Assembly (NCBI GenBank): GCA_036504095.1
Contig: DASXVS010000024.1
Span: 145,257-209,256 of the forward strand
From: Armatimonadota bacterium
GTDB taxonomy: Bacteria; Armatimonadota; DTGP01; JAKQQT01
Direction of reading: 5' to 3'
Length of the DNA: 64,000 nucleotides
The notes under the pieces were generated by a model. That model was not told the DNA's origin, searched no databases, and saw only the letters and a list, made by a program, of their open reading frames with translations. Shown piece after piece: positions 10,403-18,566 of this stretch; the first letter of the stretch is position 1; each line of letters starts with the position of its first letter. The position numbers were made by a program, and so were the translations under genes.

Positions 10403-11053
10403 ATGGACCTTACACTCATCCTCGGCCCCATGAAGAGCGGCAAGTCGTTCGACCTGATCAGCCATTTCGCGCCGCTGCAGTATACCGACATTTCGTTCGG
10501 GCTCTTTCAAAGCGCGCGAAATCAGCGCGACGCCTCGATCTTCAGCCGCACGGGGAGCAGCCTCGCAGCCACGAAACTCTCCTCCCTGGCGCCGCTGCTG
10601 GAGCAGCAATACGAGATCATCGGCATCGATGAGGTCCACATGTTCGCGCCGGAGGAGGCGGAGATCGTCAACACGCTCATCAACCGCGGGGTTCAGGTGG
10701 TGGCGAGCGGGTTGGATATGGACTACCGGGGCAAACTGATGCCGACGATTCAGAGGCTGCTGGAACTCGGACCCGCCGTCGTGCGGTACCGCCGCGCCGT
10801 GTGCGAGGTGTGCCGCCGGCCGAACGCGACCCACACCCAGGTCTACCGAGGCACGCAACCCCTGGTCGAGGGCGCCCCGCCCGTTCTGCCGGAAGACGGA
10901 ACGTACGTATACAAGCCTGTATGCCGTCAATGCTTCGTCCAGAAGAGCCTCGGGTTCATGCTTTTCGAGGACGCTTCCGCCGAAGAGGGCGCGTCGCCGC
11001 CTTCAGCCGGCCTCGGCGCAGCGACGCTCACATTCGGCTCGCGCTCCGGTTAA
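10403..11053 (+). CDS. tdk: thymidine kinase
   Basis: P-loop ILGPMKSGKS and IGIDEVHMF. C-terminal zinc ribbon CEVC...CRQC. Confidence 0.85.
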   Translation: MDLTLILGPMKSGKSFDLISHFAPLQYTDISFGLFQSARNQRDASIFSRTGSSLAATKLSSLAPLLEQQYEIIGIDEVHMFAPEEAEIVNTLINRGVQVVASGLDMDYRGKLMPTIQRLLELGPAVVRYRRAVCEVCRRPNATHTQVYRGTQPLVEGAPPVLPEDGTYVYKPVCRQCFVQKSLGFMLFEDASAEEGASPPSAGLGAATLTFGSRSG

Positions 11054-11192
11054 GTGAAACGATGAGTGATGAGCGATGAACGATGAATGCCCGGAATGTA
11101 GCGCGGGCGCCTCGCCCTCATCCGGCATCCATCACTCCTCTGTGCTCTGTGGCTTTGTGGCTGATCGTCCGAACGGATACAAAGGGGAGACA

Positions 11193-12116
11193 ATGACGCC
11201 AAACGTTGTGGTGGTTGGGAGCGCCAATATGGACCTCGTCGTGCGCGCTCAGCGGGCGCCGTGGCCCGGTGAAACGGTCCAGGGGCGCTCATTGGACTAT
11301 CTGCCGGGCGGCAAGGGCGCCAACCAGGCGGTCGCCGCCGCGCGCCTCGGCGCACGGACGCACATGGTATGCCGGGTGGGCGACGATTCGCTGGGCGAGC
11401 CAGTGCGGCGCAACCTCGCCGATAATGGCGTGGACGTTTCGCGCGTGCGAATCGCCGCCGGCGCCCCGCAGGGCCTCGCGATTATCATCGTGGACGATGA
11501 GGGGCAGAATCGTATCGTCCTTGCTGCCGGCTCGAATGGCATGCTCGTCCCGGACGATATCGACTGGGCCGCCGCGGTGTTCAGCCCGGATTCCCTGGTG
11601 CTTCTTCAGAACGAAATCCGCCTCGAAACAACCATCCGCGCCGCACAGGTGGCCAAGGCCGCCGGCGCCACGGTGTTATGGAATCCGGCGCCGGCGCCGG
11701 ACAGCCTGCCGGACGAGATGATCGGCTGCGTGGACGTCCTGCTGCCGAACGAAAGCGAGGCGGAGAGCCTGACGGGCATAGCCGTCCACGACTCGCCGGG
11801 CGCCCACCGCGCGGCGGCCGCGATCGTCGCGAAGGGCATCCCCAATGTGGTCATTACACTCGGTGAGCGGGGCGCACTCTGGTTCAATGAGGACGAGGTG
11901 TTTGAACTCCCTTCATTTCCCGTGTCCGTGGTGGACACGACCGCGGCCGGCGACACGTTTGCCGGAGCGTTGGCTGTCGCCCTTGCGGAAGGGCGCGAGT
12001 CGCGGGACGCGGTGCGGTTTGCCTGCGGCGCTTCAGCCCTGGCCGTCACCAAACTCGGCGCCCAGCCGGGCATCCCCACGCGCGCGCAACTGGAAGCGTT
12101 CCTGGCGGAGCGGTGA
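11193..12116 (+). CDS. rbsK: ribokinase (PfkB family)
   Basis: VVVVGSANMDL, GGKGANQA and DTTAAGDTFAGAL motifs. GGGGAG RBS before ATG 11193. The longer ORF from 11076 is unlikely. Confidence 0.85.
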   Translation: MTPNVVVVGSANMDLVVRAQRAPWPGETVQGRSLDYLPGGKGANQAVAAARLGARTHMVCRVGDDSLGEPVRRNLADNGVDVSRVRIAAGAPQGLAIIIVDDEGQNRIVLAAGSNGMLVPDDIDWAAAVFSPDSLVLLQNEIRLETTIRAAQVAKAAGATVLWNPAPAPDSLPDEMIGCVDVLLPNESEAESLTGIAVHDSPGAHRAAAAIVAKGIPNVVITLGERGALWFNEDEVFELPSFPVSVVDTTAAGDTFAGALAVALAEGRESRDAVRFACGASALAVTKLGAQPGIPTRAQLEAFLAER

Positions 12117-12315
12117 GGGGGTGACGCGGCGAGGGGGCGGGGGGGTGCCTTTGTGTAGCGCGGGCGCCTCGCCCGCCAAACCTGCCGGATAGACCTGACC
12201 CGCCGGATGAATCCGGCGTCAGTTCAGGAAATCTGCCGCTGCGCGGCAGGCGTCCCTGCCCGGAGGGCAGGTTTTGTGTTCAGCCGTCGGATTCATCCGG
12301 CGGAAACGCAACCCC

Positions 12316-13119
12316 TCACTTCGGCCCCGCGTCGCCCTCGAGCGCTTTCAACTCAATCCGGGACAGCACGGCGGCAACCCCGTTGACGACCACCACGAAC
12401 CCGAGGAAAGCGTTGGTCGCCAGGTGTGGCGCGGGAGATATCAGCAGGAGAACCAGGGCCGGAACAGCGATGCAGGCGGAGCTAGTCCATTTAGCGTGCT
12501 CCGTCGATAACATGCGGCCAAACTTGACCGTCGCCCAACATACAAGGGCCACCCACGGCAGGGTGCGTGCCCATAGTCCGGCCAGGCCCAGCTCCTTCGA
12601 CATACAGAGCCAGAAAACCCATGCGATAATACCCGCAGTGATGATGCTGTTGGTCCACGATCGCGTCGCATCGATCAGCTTCAATACGACGTGAGCCACC
12701 AGTCCTAATAGGGCTGACTCGATGAGCAGGGCCCATCCGCGATCTGGCGGCGCATTGTTTGGAAACCACGCCCTGGTCAGATCCAAGACGATCACCGCCG
12801 CGAGGAAGGCGAGAGGCACAGGACCGACCTCCCGATGCACCCAGTTCACGATGAGTTCCCACGCGGTTGCCGTCAATCCCTTTCGACGCCCGAATACTCG
12901 CTCCTGGGTTGCATTCACCAGCGTATCGCTTAAGGTTCGCGCCCACAGCCCTATCAGACCGGCGGTTCCGGCCCACTGCCAGGCGGCGCGGGCAGCGTCA
13001 CGGAAGGCGCGCGCCATTTCGTCCCCGTACTGCTCGCGGAACGCGGGCGGATAGGCCCGCAGAAGCCGGCGGTACATCGCCAGGGAGCGTTCGACCGCTG
13101 ATGGTTCGGAGTGCTGCAT
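12316..13119 (-). CDS. PadR-associated integral membrane protein
   Basis: Multi-TM hydrophobic segments. Lies immediately downstream of padR in the same orientation. Confidence 0.55.
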   Translation of the reverse strand: MQHSEPSAVERSLAMYRRLLRAYPPAFREQYGDEMARAFRDAARAAWQWAGTAGLIGLWARTLSDTLVNATQERVFGRRKGLTATAWELIVNWVHREVGPVPLAFLAAVIVLDLTRAWFPNNAPPDRGWALLIESALLGLVAHVVLKLIDATRSWTNSIITAGIIAWVFWLCMSKELGLAGLWARTLPWVALVCWATVKFGRMLSTEHAKWTSSACIAVPALVLLLISPAPHLATNAFLGFVVVVNGVAAVLSRIELKALEGDAGPK

Positions 13120-13133
13120 CGTTACGCCTCTGT

Positions 13134-13505
13134 TCAGCCGATCATGGACTTGTGGGGCAATAGCTTCCGGCGGCGGGCTATCTCCACGAGGGTTTCGAGC
13201 CGTTGCGATTCTGCGCCGAGAGCGCGGCGTCCTTCGTCCGTCAGGCGGTAATAGCGGCGGCGCTCATCGTCCTGCTCTGGGTCAGGGCGTTCTTCGGTCT
13301 CTTCCAACAGACCCGCACCGGTCAGCCGCTTGATGTTCGTATACAGTGTACCGGGTCCCAGTCGCATCGCGCCGCGAGTGAGGGCGGCGACTTCCTGCAT
13401 GATCGCGTAGCCGTGGCGTTCGCCGTCGGCGACCGAGAGCAGTATGTGAAATGCCGCCGGCGCCATCGGCGAGGCGGGATCAGGCTGTGTTTGTGCGTGA
13501 GCCAT
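13134..13505 (-). CDS. PadR-family transcriptional regulator
   Basis: HGYAIMQEV...LGPGTLYTNIKRL is a PadR winged-helix signature. Confidence 0.85.
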   Translation of the reverse strand: MAHAQTQPDPASPMAPAAFHILLSVADGERHGYAIMQEVAALTRGAMRLGPGTLYTNIKRLTGAGLLEETEERPDPEQDDERRRYYRLTDEGRRALGAESQRLETLVEIARRRKLLPHKSMIG

Positions 13506-13536
13506 CGAGGCGCTCCCTTCAATGTGTCTTTAGAGG

Positions 13537-13557
13537 TTATATCCGATACGGATATAA
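13537..13557. promoter_or_regulatory. perfect 9-3-9 inverted repeat TTATATCCG-ATA-CGGATATAA just upstream of padR; candidate PadR operator
   Basis: Read directly from the sequence. Sits 32 nt upstream of the padR start codon. Confidence 0.5.
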
Positions 13558-13987
13558 TACCACAGCTCTCCAGGATTCGTCCAACCACGCGCGATCGCGC
13601 TGCCCGGAGTTGAGGGGGCGAAGCGGCGAGGGGGCGACAAGGTGACGCGGTCTACCGCAATTGGAAGCCTCATAGGTTATGGCGTACAGGGCGCCGCTCG
13701 GGCGCCAGATCGGTATCCGTGTCCGTGATCAGGATGCTCTTCGGTTTCGAGGGGCGTCTGCAAGGGTACATACGGATTACTATGGTGTACCATGCTTTGG
13801 AGACGTCCGTCGCATATGCCTGCCCGCCGGCGACCGATTTGCAGCCTACACCACGTTGTTAGTTTTATGGGGCATGGTGTCGGTCAGCTGGGTTTGCGCC
13901 GGCCCTGTTGCATCAGGCGCGCACCATTCGCGCACGCCATCCGAACCGGCGGAACGACGTTCCGCGTTGACTGAGGAGGTAGTGGTG

Positions 13988-14434
13988 ATGAATCGTTTGA
14001 TTTCCCTGCTGGCGGTCGCCGTGCTTGCCGCCGGCCTTTCGCCCGGCGCGCACGCATTTCCGAAAGAGGCCGCGAAGAAGCCGGTCCTCAGGAAGAATAT
14101 GCGGCCGGGCATGAACCCGGGCATGATGCCCGGGAAGAAGGCGCCGGGCCGGCAGATGATGGGCAGGGCGGTTTACGTTTGCAGGAAATGCGAACAGGCG
14201 TGGACGCCCGCGCAGGCCCGCAAAATGGGCTACAAAGACCCGATGGGCCACAGGCTGTTCAGGGTGGCCAAACTCCCGCCCGGCATGAAGATGGGCCGCA
14301 TGATGAGCGGCGACAAGATGCCGATGATGGGAAACATGCCCATGAAAGGCCAGAAGCCGCCGATGAAGGGCAGGAAGGGCCGCATGAAGGGCGATATGCC
14401 CATGAACGGGCGGATGCCGCCGAAGCCGCGGTAA
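13988..14434 (+). CDS. small secreted Met-, Lys/Arg- and Pro-rich protein (MxM/MMG repeats), putative periplasmic metal-binding protein
   Basis: GAGGAGG RBS then ATG at 13988. Signal peptide. Repeats PGMNPGMMPGKK, MPMMGNMPMKGQKPPMKG. CRKCEQ pair. Confidence 0.6.
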   Translation: MNRLISLLAVAVLAAGLSPGAHAFPKEAAKKPVLRKNMRPGMNPGMMPGKKAPGRQMMGRAVYVCRKCEQAWTPAQARKMGYKDPMGHRLFRVAKLPPGMKMGRMMSGDKMPMMGNMPMKGQKPPMKGRKGRMKGDMPMNGRMPPKPR

Positions 14435-14486
14435 TCGGCAGCCCGAAGACAGGGGGCCCGGTCCGCGCGGATCGGGCCCCTTATTG

Positions 14487-15809
14487 TTACGCGGCCTGCG
14501 TTGCCACCTTCGCGATCACGCGCTCCCGCACCGGCCGGATGAGCGCCACACCGGCGACGAAGTAAAGGATGACCATCAACAAGGCGATGCGGTATCCGAA
14601 TCCAGGCCCCGTGTTGTATCCCAGGATCGTGTGAATCCGGGTGTTGAACAGGTAAGCCACCGGCCCTCCGATCATCGGCGCAATCACCTGCGGCACCGTG
14701 AATGAGACGTGCCACACACCCATGAATTTCGCCTCATCGTGCTCCGGAAGCAGGTTGGTGGCCAAGGCCCAGTCGACCGCCGCGAATGCCCCGAATCCCA
14801 TGCCGAAGATGAAGGCCGCCACAAATGCCACATGGATGGAACTGGTGAGCAGGAACACCAGCGCCGCGACAGCGGTGATGCCCGCCGACGCGTAAACTAT
14901 CCGCTTTTTGGGCATTCTGTCGCCCAGGAAACCCGCGGGGAAATTGCCAACCAGACCCGCTACGGTGGTAATGAGGAAGATGGTGGTGACCGTATCCTCC
15001 GGCTTGGGCGCCCCCAGCGTGTCCCCAACGTAGTACAGCAGGAACTCCGTGGCGGTGTAGAACCCCATGTTGACCATGAAGCGGGACGCTATGAGCCAGA
15101 AGAAATCAGGGTGTTCGCTCGGTTTGACGTGGAACGACTGGACGAGCGTGCCCCACATGCCGATACGGGGCGCCGGGTTCTGCGCGGCGGATTGCTCCGG
15201 GATGCGTATCACCGTATAGATCATCGCCACGACGAGAAGCACTGAGAGCGTGACCATGATGATCCAGAGGCCGCCCGGCTTGCGGATCAGGGTGCCACAG
15301 AGAACGAGTCCCCCGAGTTGCCCCAGCAGGCTCGACATTCCCATATAGGCGGACGCGGCGCCCTGACGTTCTTTCGGCACCATGTCCGGAATCAGCGCCT
15401 GGTACGGTGAGGTCGCGACGTTTACCCAGAACTGGATCAGGCAGAACGCGCCGAGCATTGCCGGTATGCTCTGAACACGGGCCAGCCAGAGAAGCCCCGG
15501 CACGGAGAGCAGCGTACCCACGATCATATACGGACGGCGGCGCCCCATCACCCATCGCGACCGATCGCTCATCGCCCCTGTGATGATGACCACCACGGTG
15601 GAGATCATCGCGCCGATGCCCAGCGTCCAGCCCAGCGTGAGGTCCTTGGTGGGGCCGGCCATGTGCTTCACCAGCGTCTGGATAACGATGGTGATCATGC
15701 CCGCCCACAGGAACGAGAGCGCGAACCAGTACACGCTCAGCTCCAGGTAGAAACGCCCCGACTGCCGCTCGGAGTAAGCCCGCTCCATCGCCGTGCTGTC
15801 TTGTGCCAT
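14487..15809 (-). CDS. MFS transporter, glycoside-pentoside-hexuronide (GPH/MelB-like) family
   Basis: 12 TM. GAMSDRSRWVMGRRRPYMIVG is typical of GPH symporters. Confidence 0.75.
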   Translation of the reverse strand: MAQDSTAMERAYSERQSGRFYLELSVYWFALSFLWAGMITIVIQTLVKHMAGPTKDLTLGWTLGIGAMISTVVVIITGAMSDRSRWVMGRRRPYMIVGTLLSVPGLLWLARVQSIPAMLGAFCLIQFWVNVATSPYQALIPDMVPKERQGAASAYMGMSSLLGQLGGLVLCGTLIRKPGGLWIIMVTLSVLLVVAMIYTVIRIPEQSAAQNPAPRIGMWGTLVQSFHVKPSEHPDFFWLIASRFMVNMGFYTATEFLLYYVGDTLGAPKPEDTVTTIFLITTVAGLVGNFPAGFLGDRMPKKRIVYASAGITAVAALVFLLTSSIHVAFVAAFIFGMGFGAFAAVDWALATNLLPEHDEAKFMGVWHVSFTVPQVIAPMIGGPVAYLFNTRIHTILGYNTGPGFGYRIALLMVILYFVAGVALIRPVRERVIAKVATQAA

Positions 15810-15962
15810 CTCGTTACCTCCCGAGTGAACTATACGCTATACGGCAGCGTGCGGCGAGGTACCTTCGGCCCATTTCGGGAGACGGAAAGAAGGAAATGAG
15901 GAAATGAGGAAGCGACCGGACAATGGTCGTTTCCCCATTTCCTCGCTTCCTTCTTCCCGTCC

Positions 15963-17465
15963 TCACTCCGTTCCGTTGAACAGCGCCTGCGCCTTTTGCC
16001 ACACGGCGGCGCCGACCTTGTGCCCCACTTTACGGCCCTCAAGGTCGCCCGTGCTGAAGTGGATGCCGCCGTAAAGGCGCGAGATGCCGGCCTGGTTGGC
16101 GGCGTCCGTAAAGGTGGGCCAACTCAGGGTGACCGGCCGGGCCGGAACCAGCCCTGCTTCGAATTTGGAGGACCCCGCCGGGAACGTCACCGAACCGCCG
16201 AATGCATCGCTGCCGGTGTACAATTTCAGCACCTCGGAGGCGGCGCCGCTGAACGTGCTGTGTCCCGACACGCACTCCGGGAAAGAGGGTGTCACCACGT
16301 TCGGCGCCTGGTACGGCTGCCAGTTCTCTCCCCTCACCCACTGAGTTCCCTTGAGCGGGCCGCCCCAGGCCCGGATCCACTTGCCCTTGTACAGGTAGTG
16401 AATCGCGGTGATCGGCCGAGCGTAGTCAAAGGCGCGCTTGCAGTCCCACGCGGCGATACCGGCGTCAAACACCGCGTTGCTCACGGCAAAGAACATCTTC
16501 ACATCGTCGTCCAGTGTGTGCTGATCCCGGCGCGAGACATACTGGGCGACGAGGCACCAGTGCCCCGGCGGAAGCTCCGAGGCGGGGCCGTCCGCCCAGT
16601 ATTCAGCGATCATCTTCTGTTCATCCGTGAGGTTGGAGCTGATATCCACTATCTGCCGGGCCTGGTCGATGTACGCAATCGTCGATCTTTCGGTATCGCG
16701 TCCGGTCAGGCGCGTCGAAATGAACGCGAATGGGGCGCCCGGCATACGGAACTGCGAGCCGGATTTGAGGGCGAAAGGTGTGACCCCTCCCCACTGCGGC
16801 GTGAAATACTTCTGGATGGCGAAGCCGCCTTTGCCGTCCGGTATGCGCAGCGGCTGCCAGTGGTTGGGATTGACGATATGGTCCGGGTCGTTCACCGGCT
16901 TGTAGCCGGTGTAGTCGCTGTAGGCGCCGGCGTGCAGATCGCCCAGCTGGTTCGAACCGTCGTGATGGCGGAACTGGAGGAGGGCCTCGGCGCAGATGTT
17001 GCCCGTTCCGGCCGGTGTGGAAGCGTCCTGCAGGGAGTAGCCGGGATCGTATCCGAGGCTCACCATCAACGCTGCAAACTTCGCGACTTCGGCCGTCTGC
17101 GGGAAGAGATCGACCAGTGCGGCGAAAGCCGCGTAGGAGATCGCCTCGGCCTTATTGGCCTCGGTTCGCTCCGAAGCAGGGTGGCGGAGCGCTCCCCCGA
17201 GGCGCGTTCCGTGAGCGACGGCGTCGTATGTCGCCCAGGCGTCATACATCGCCGTGTGGACGATGGCCAGGTCACGTGCAACGACGGTTGGACCCGGTTT
17301 CGTGTCGCGAATTGCCTGAAGCAGCGCATTGTCCCACCGAACGACGATGGAATCGTGGTATTCCGGCGCGCCGGCGGGAATCGCGCTCGCCGCACGACCG
17401 GGAGTGGCGAATGAGTATGAGAGCGCCGCCACGGCGGCAAGAAAAAGAACCGCTCGATAACGCAT
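15963..17465 (-). CDS. secreted vanadium-dependent haloperoxidase / PAP2-superfamily protein
   Basis: PAP2/haloperoxidase motifs ARP, SGHSTFS, SRLYGGIHF. Signal peptide. Confidence 0.7.
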   Translation of the reverse strand: MRYRAVLFLAAVAALSYSFATPGRAASAIPAGAPEYHDSIVVRWDNALLQAIRDTKPGPTVVARDLAIVHTAMYDAWATYDAVAHGTRLGGALRHPASERTEANKAEAISYAAFAALVDLFPQTAEVAKFAALMVSLGYDPGYSLQDASTPAGTGNICAEALLQFRHHDGSNQLGDLHAGAYSDYTGYKPVNDPDHIVNPNHWQPLRIPDGKGGFAIQKYFTPQWGGVTPFALKSGSQFRMPGAPFAFISTRLTGRDTERSTIAYIDQARQIVDISSNLTDEQKMIAEYWADGPASELPPGHWCLVAQYVSRRDQHTLDDDVKMFFAVSNAVFDAGIAAWDCKRAFDYARPITAIHYLYKGKWIRAWGGPLKGTQWVRGENWQPYQAPNVVTPSFPECVSGHSTFSGAASEVLKLYTGSDAFGGSVTFPAGSSKFEAGLVPARPVTLSWPTFTDAANQAGISRLYGGIHFSTGDLEGRKVGHKVGAAVWQKAQALFNGTE

Positions 17466-17603
17466 CTTGAGACCTCCCTATGGGCTTGACATGATATCAA
17501 TGTGCTTGATACCCATAATTCCGTTCGATCGTTACCATTTATCGGCGCAGGGAGCTTTGGCCGGCCGTGGGCGGGAAGTTGCTTTGGCGGTTGATCGGGG
17601 AGA

Positions 17604-18452
17604 TCACCCTGCGTCGCCGGAGCGCTCCTTCCAGTCCCCTGTATACACGATGTAGGCCGGACCGGAGAGGGTCACCGCATCGTCCCCGTCCCAGGAGGCC
17701 TTCACTTCGCCGCCTTTGGAGACGACGGTGACCGGGTTCGCCGAGATCCCGAGCAGGTGGCCGATAACCGCAACCGCCGCGGCGCCGGTTCCGCAGCCCA
17801 GCGTTTCCCCCACGGCGCGCTCCCATATGCGGATCTCCGCCCGGTGCGGTGATGTGAAATGGGTCCATTCCAGTGTCGTGCGCTCCGGGAACAGAGGGTG
17901 GTTCTCGATGAGGGGGCTGGCCGTCTGGAACGTCGCTTCATCAGGCATTTCGTCGACGAGGATGATCGCGTGGGGCGTGCCCGTTGAGCACGCGTGCAGG
18001 ATAAGGTTGCGGCCCGCGACCGTGACGGGGACGTTGAGCGCCCGGTCGCCGGCAACGGACATCGGAATGGCTATCGGGTTCAGCGCGGGGGCGCCAAGGT
18101 CGACGGTGACCGTGCAATCGTCCTCTTCGCACTTGTGGATCCAGAGGTGGACCGTCCCCCCGAAAGTATCGACAGCGACGTGGGTTTTCTGCGTGATGTC
18201 CTCGTCATGCAGGAAGCGCCCGAGGCACCGGAGGGCGTTGCCGCAACGGTCCTCGGAACCGTCCGGGTTGAAGAACAGCATCCGGACGTCGGCTGTATCC
18301 GAGGGGAAGGCGACGAACAGCCCGTCCGCGCCGGCGCCGTAGTGACGATCGCACATGTCGATCGCCAACTGCCGCCAATCGTGGGGCGGCAGGTCGTATC
18401 CGTTCAGGGCAATGAAGTCGTTGCCCAACGCGTGCATTTTCGTGAATCGCAT
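17604..18452 (-). CDS. dapF: diaminopimelate epimerase
   Basis: MRFTKMHALGNDF N-terminus and GNALRC/GCGTGA active-site regions. Confidence 0.85.
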   Translation of the reverse strand: MRFTKMHALGNDFIALNGYDLPPHDWRQLAIDMCDRHYGAGADGLFVAFPSDTADVRMLFFNPDGSEDRCGNALRCLGRFLHDEDITQKTHVAVDTFGGTVHLWIHKCEEDDCTVTVDLGAPALNPIAIPMSVAGDRALNVPVTVAGRNLILHACSTGTPHAIILVDEMPDEATFQTASPLIENHPLFPERTTLEWTHFTSPHRAEIRIWERAVGETLGCGTGAAAVAVIGHLLGISANPVTVVSKGGEVKASWDGDDAVTLSGPAYIVYTGDWKERSGDAG

Positions 18453-18462
18453 ACGATCATTC

Positions 18463-18566
18463 TAGTTCCGAGTTCCTAGTTCCGAGTTTCGAGACCCAAA
18501 ACCCGGAAATCGAAACCCGGCACTCGAAACCCGGAACTCGAAACTCGGAACTCGGAACCCGGAACT
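18463..18566. repeat. ~100 bp imperfect palindrome built from 7-mer units (AGTTCCG/AGTTTCG/CCCGGAA/TCGAAAC); candidate intergenic terminator or REP-like element
   Basis: Left arm agttccgagttcctagttccgagtttcgag. Right arm ctcgaaactcggaactcggaacccggaact. Lies between the serine-hydrolase stop and the dapF start. Confidence 0.6.

Noticed and set aside
12120-12315. Possible tRNA or other structured RNA in the G-rich hairpin region after rbsK
   Set aside because: No cloverleaf can be drawn. There is no T-loop GTTCRANYC motif or acceptor-stem pairing. The region is better explained as stacked terminator hairpins between convergent genes.
18463-18566. Possibility that the heptamer repeat blocks are CRISPR arrays
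   Set aside because: The units are 7 nt rather than 25-40 nt. They are arranged as inverted arms, not direct repeats separated by unique spacers. No cas genes are present.
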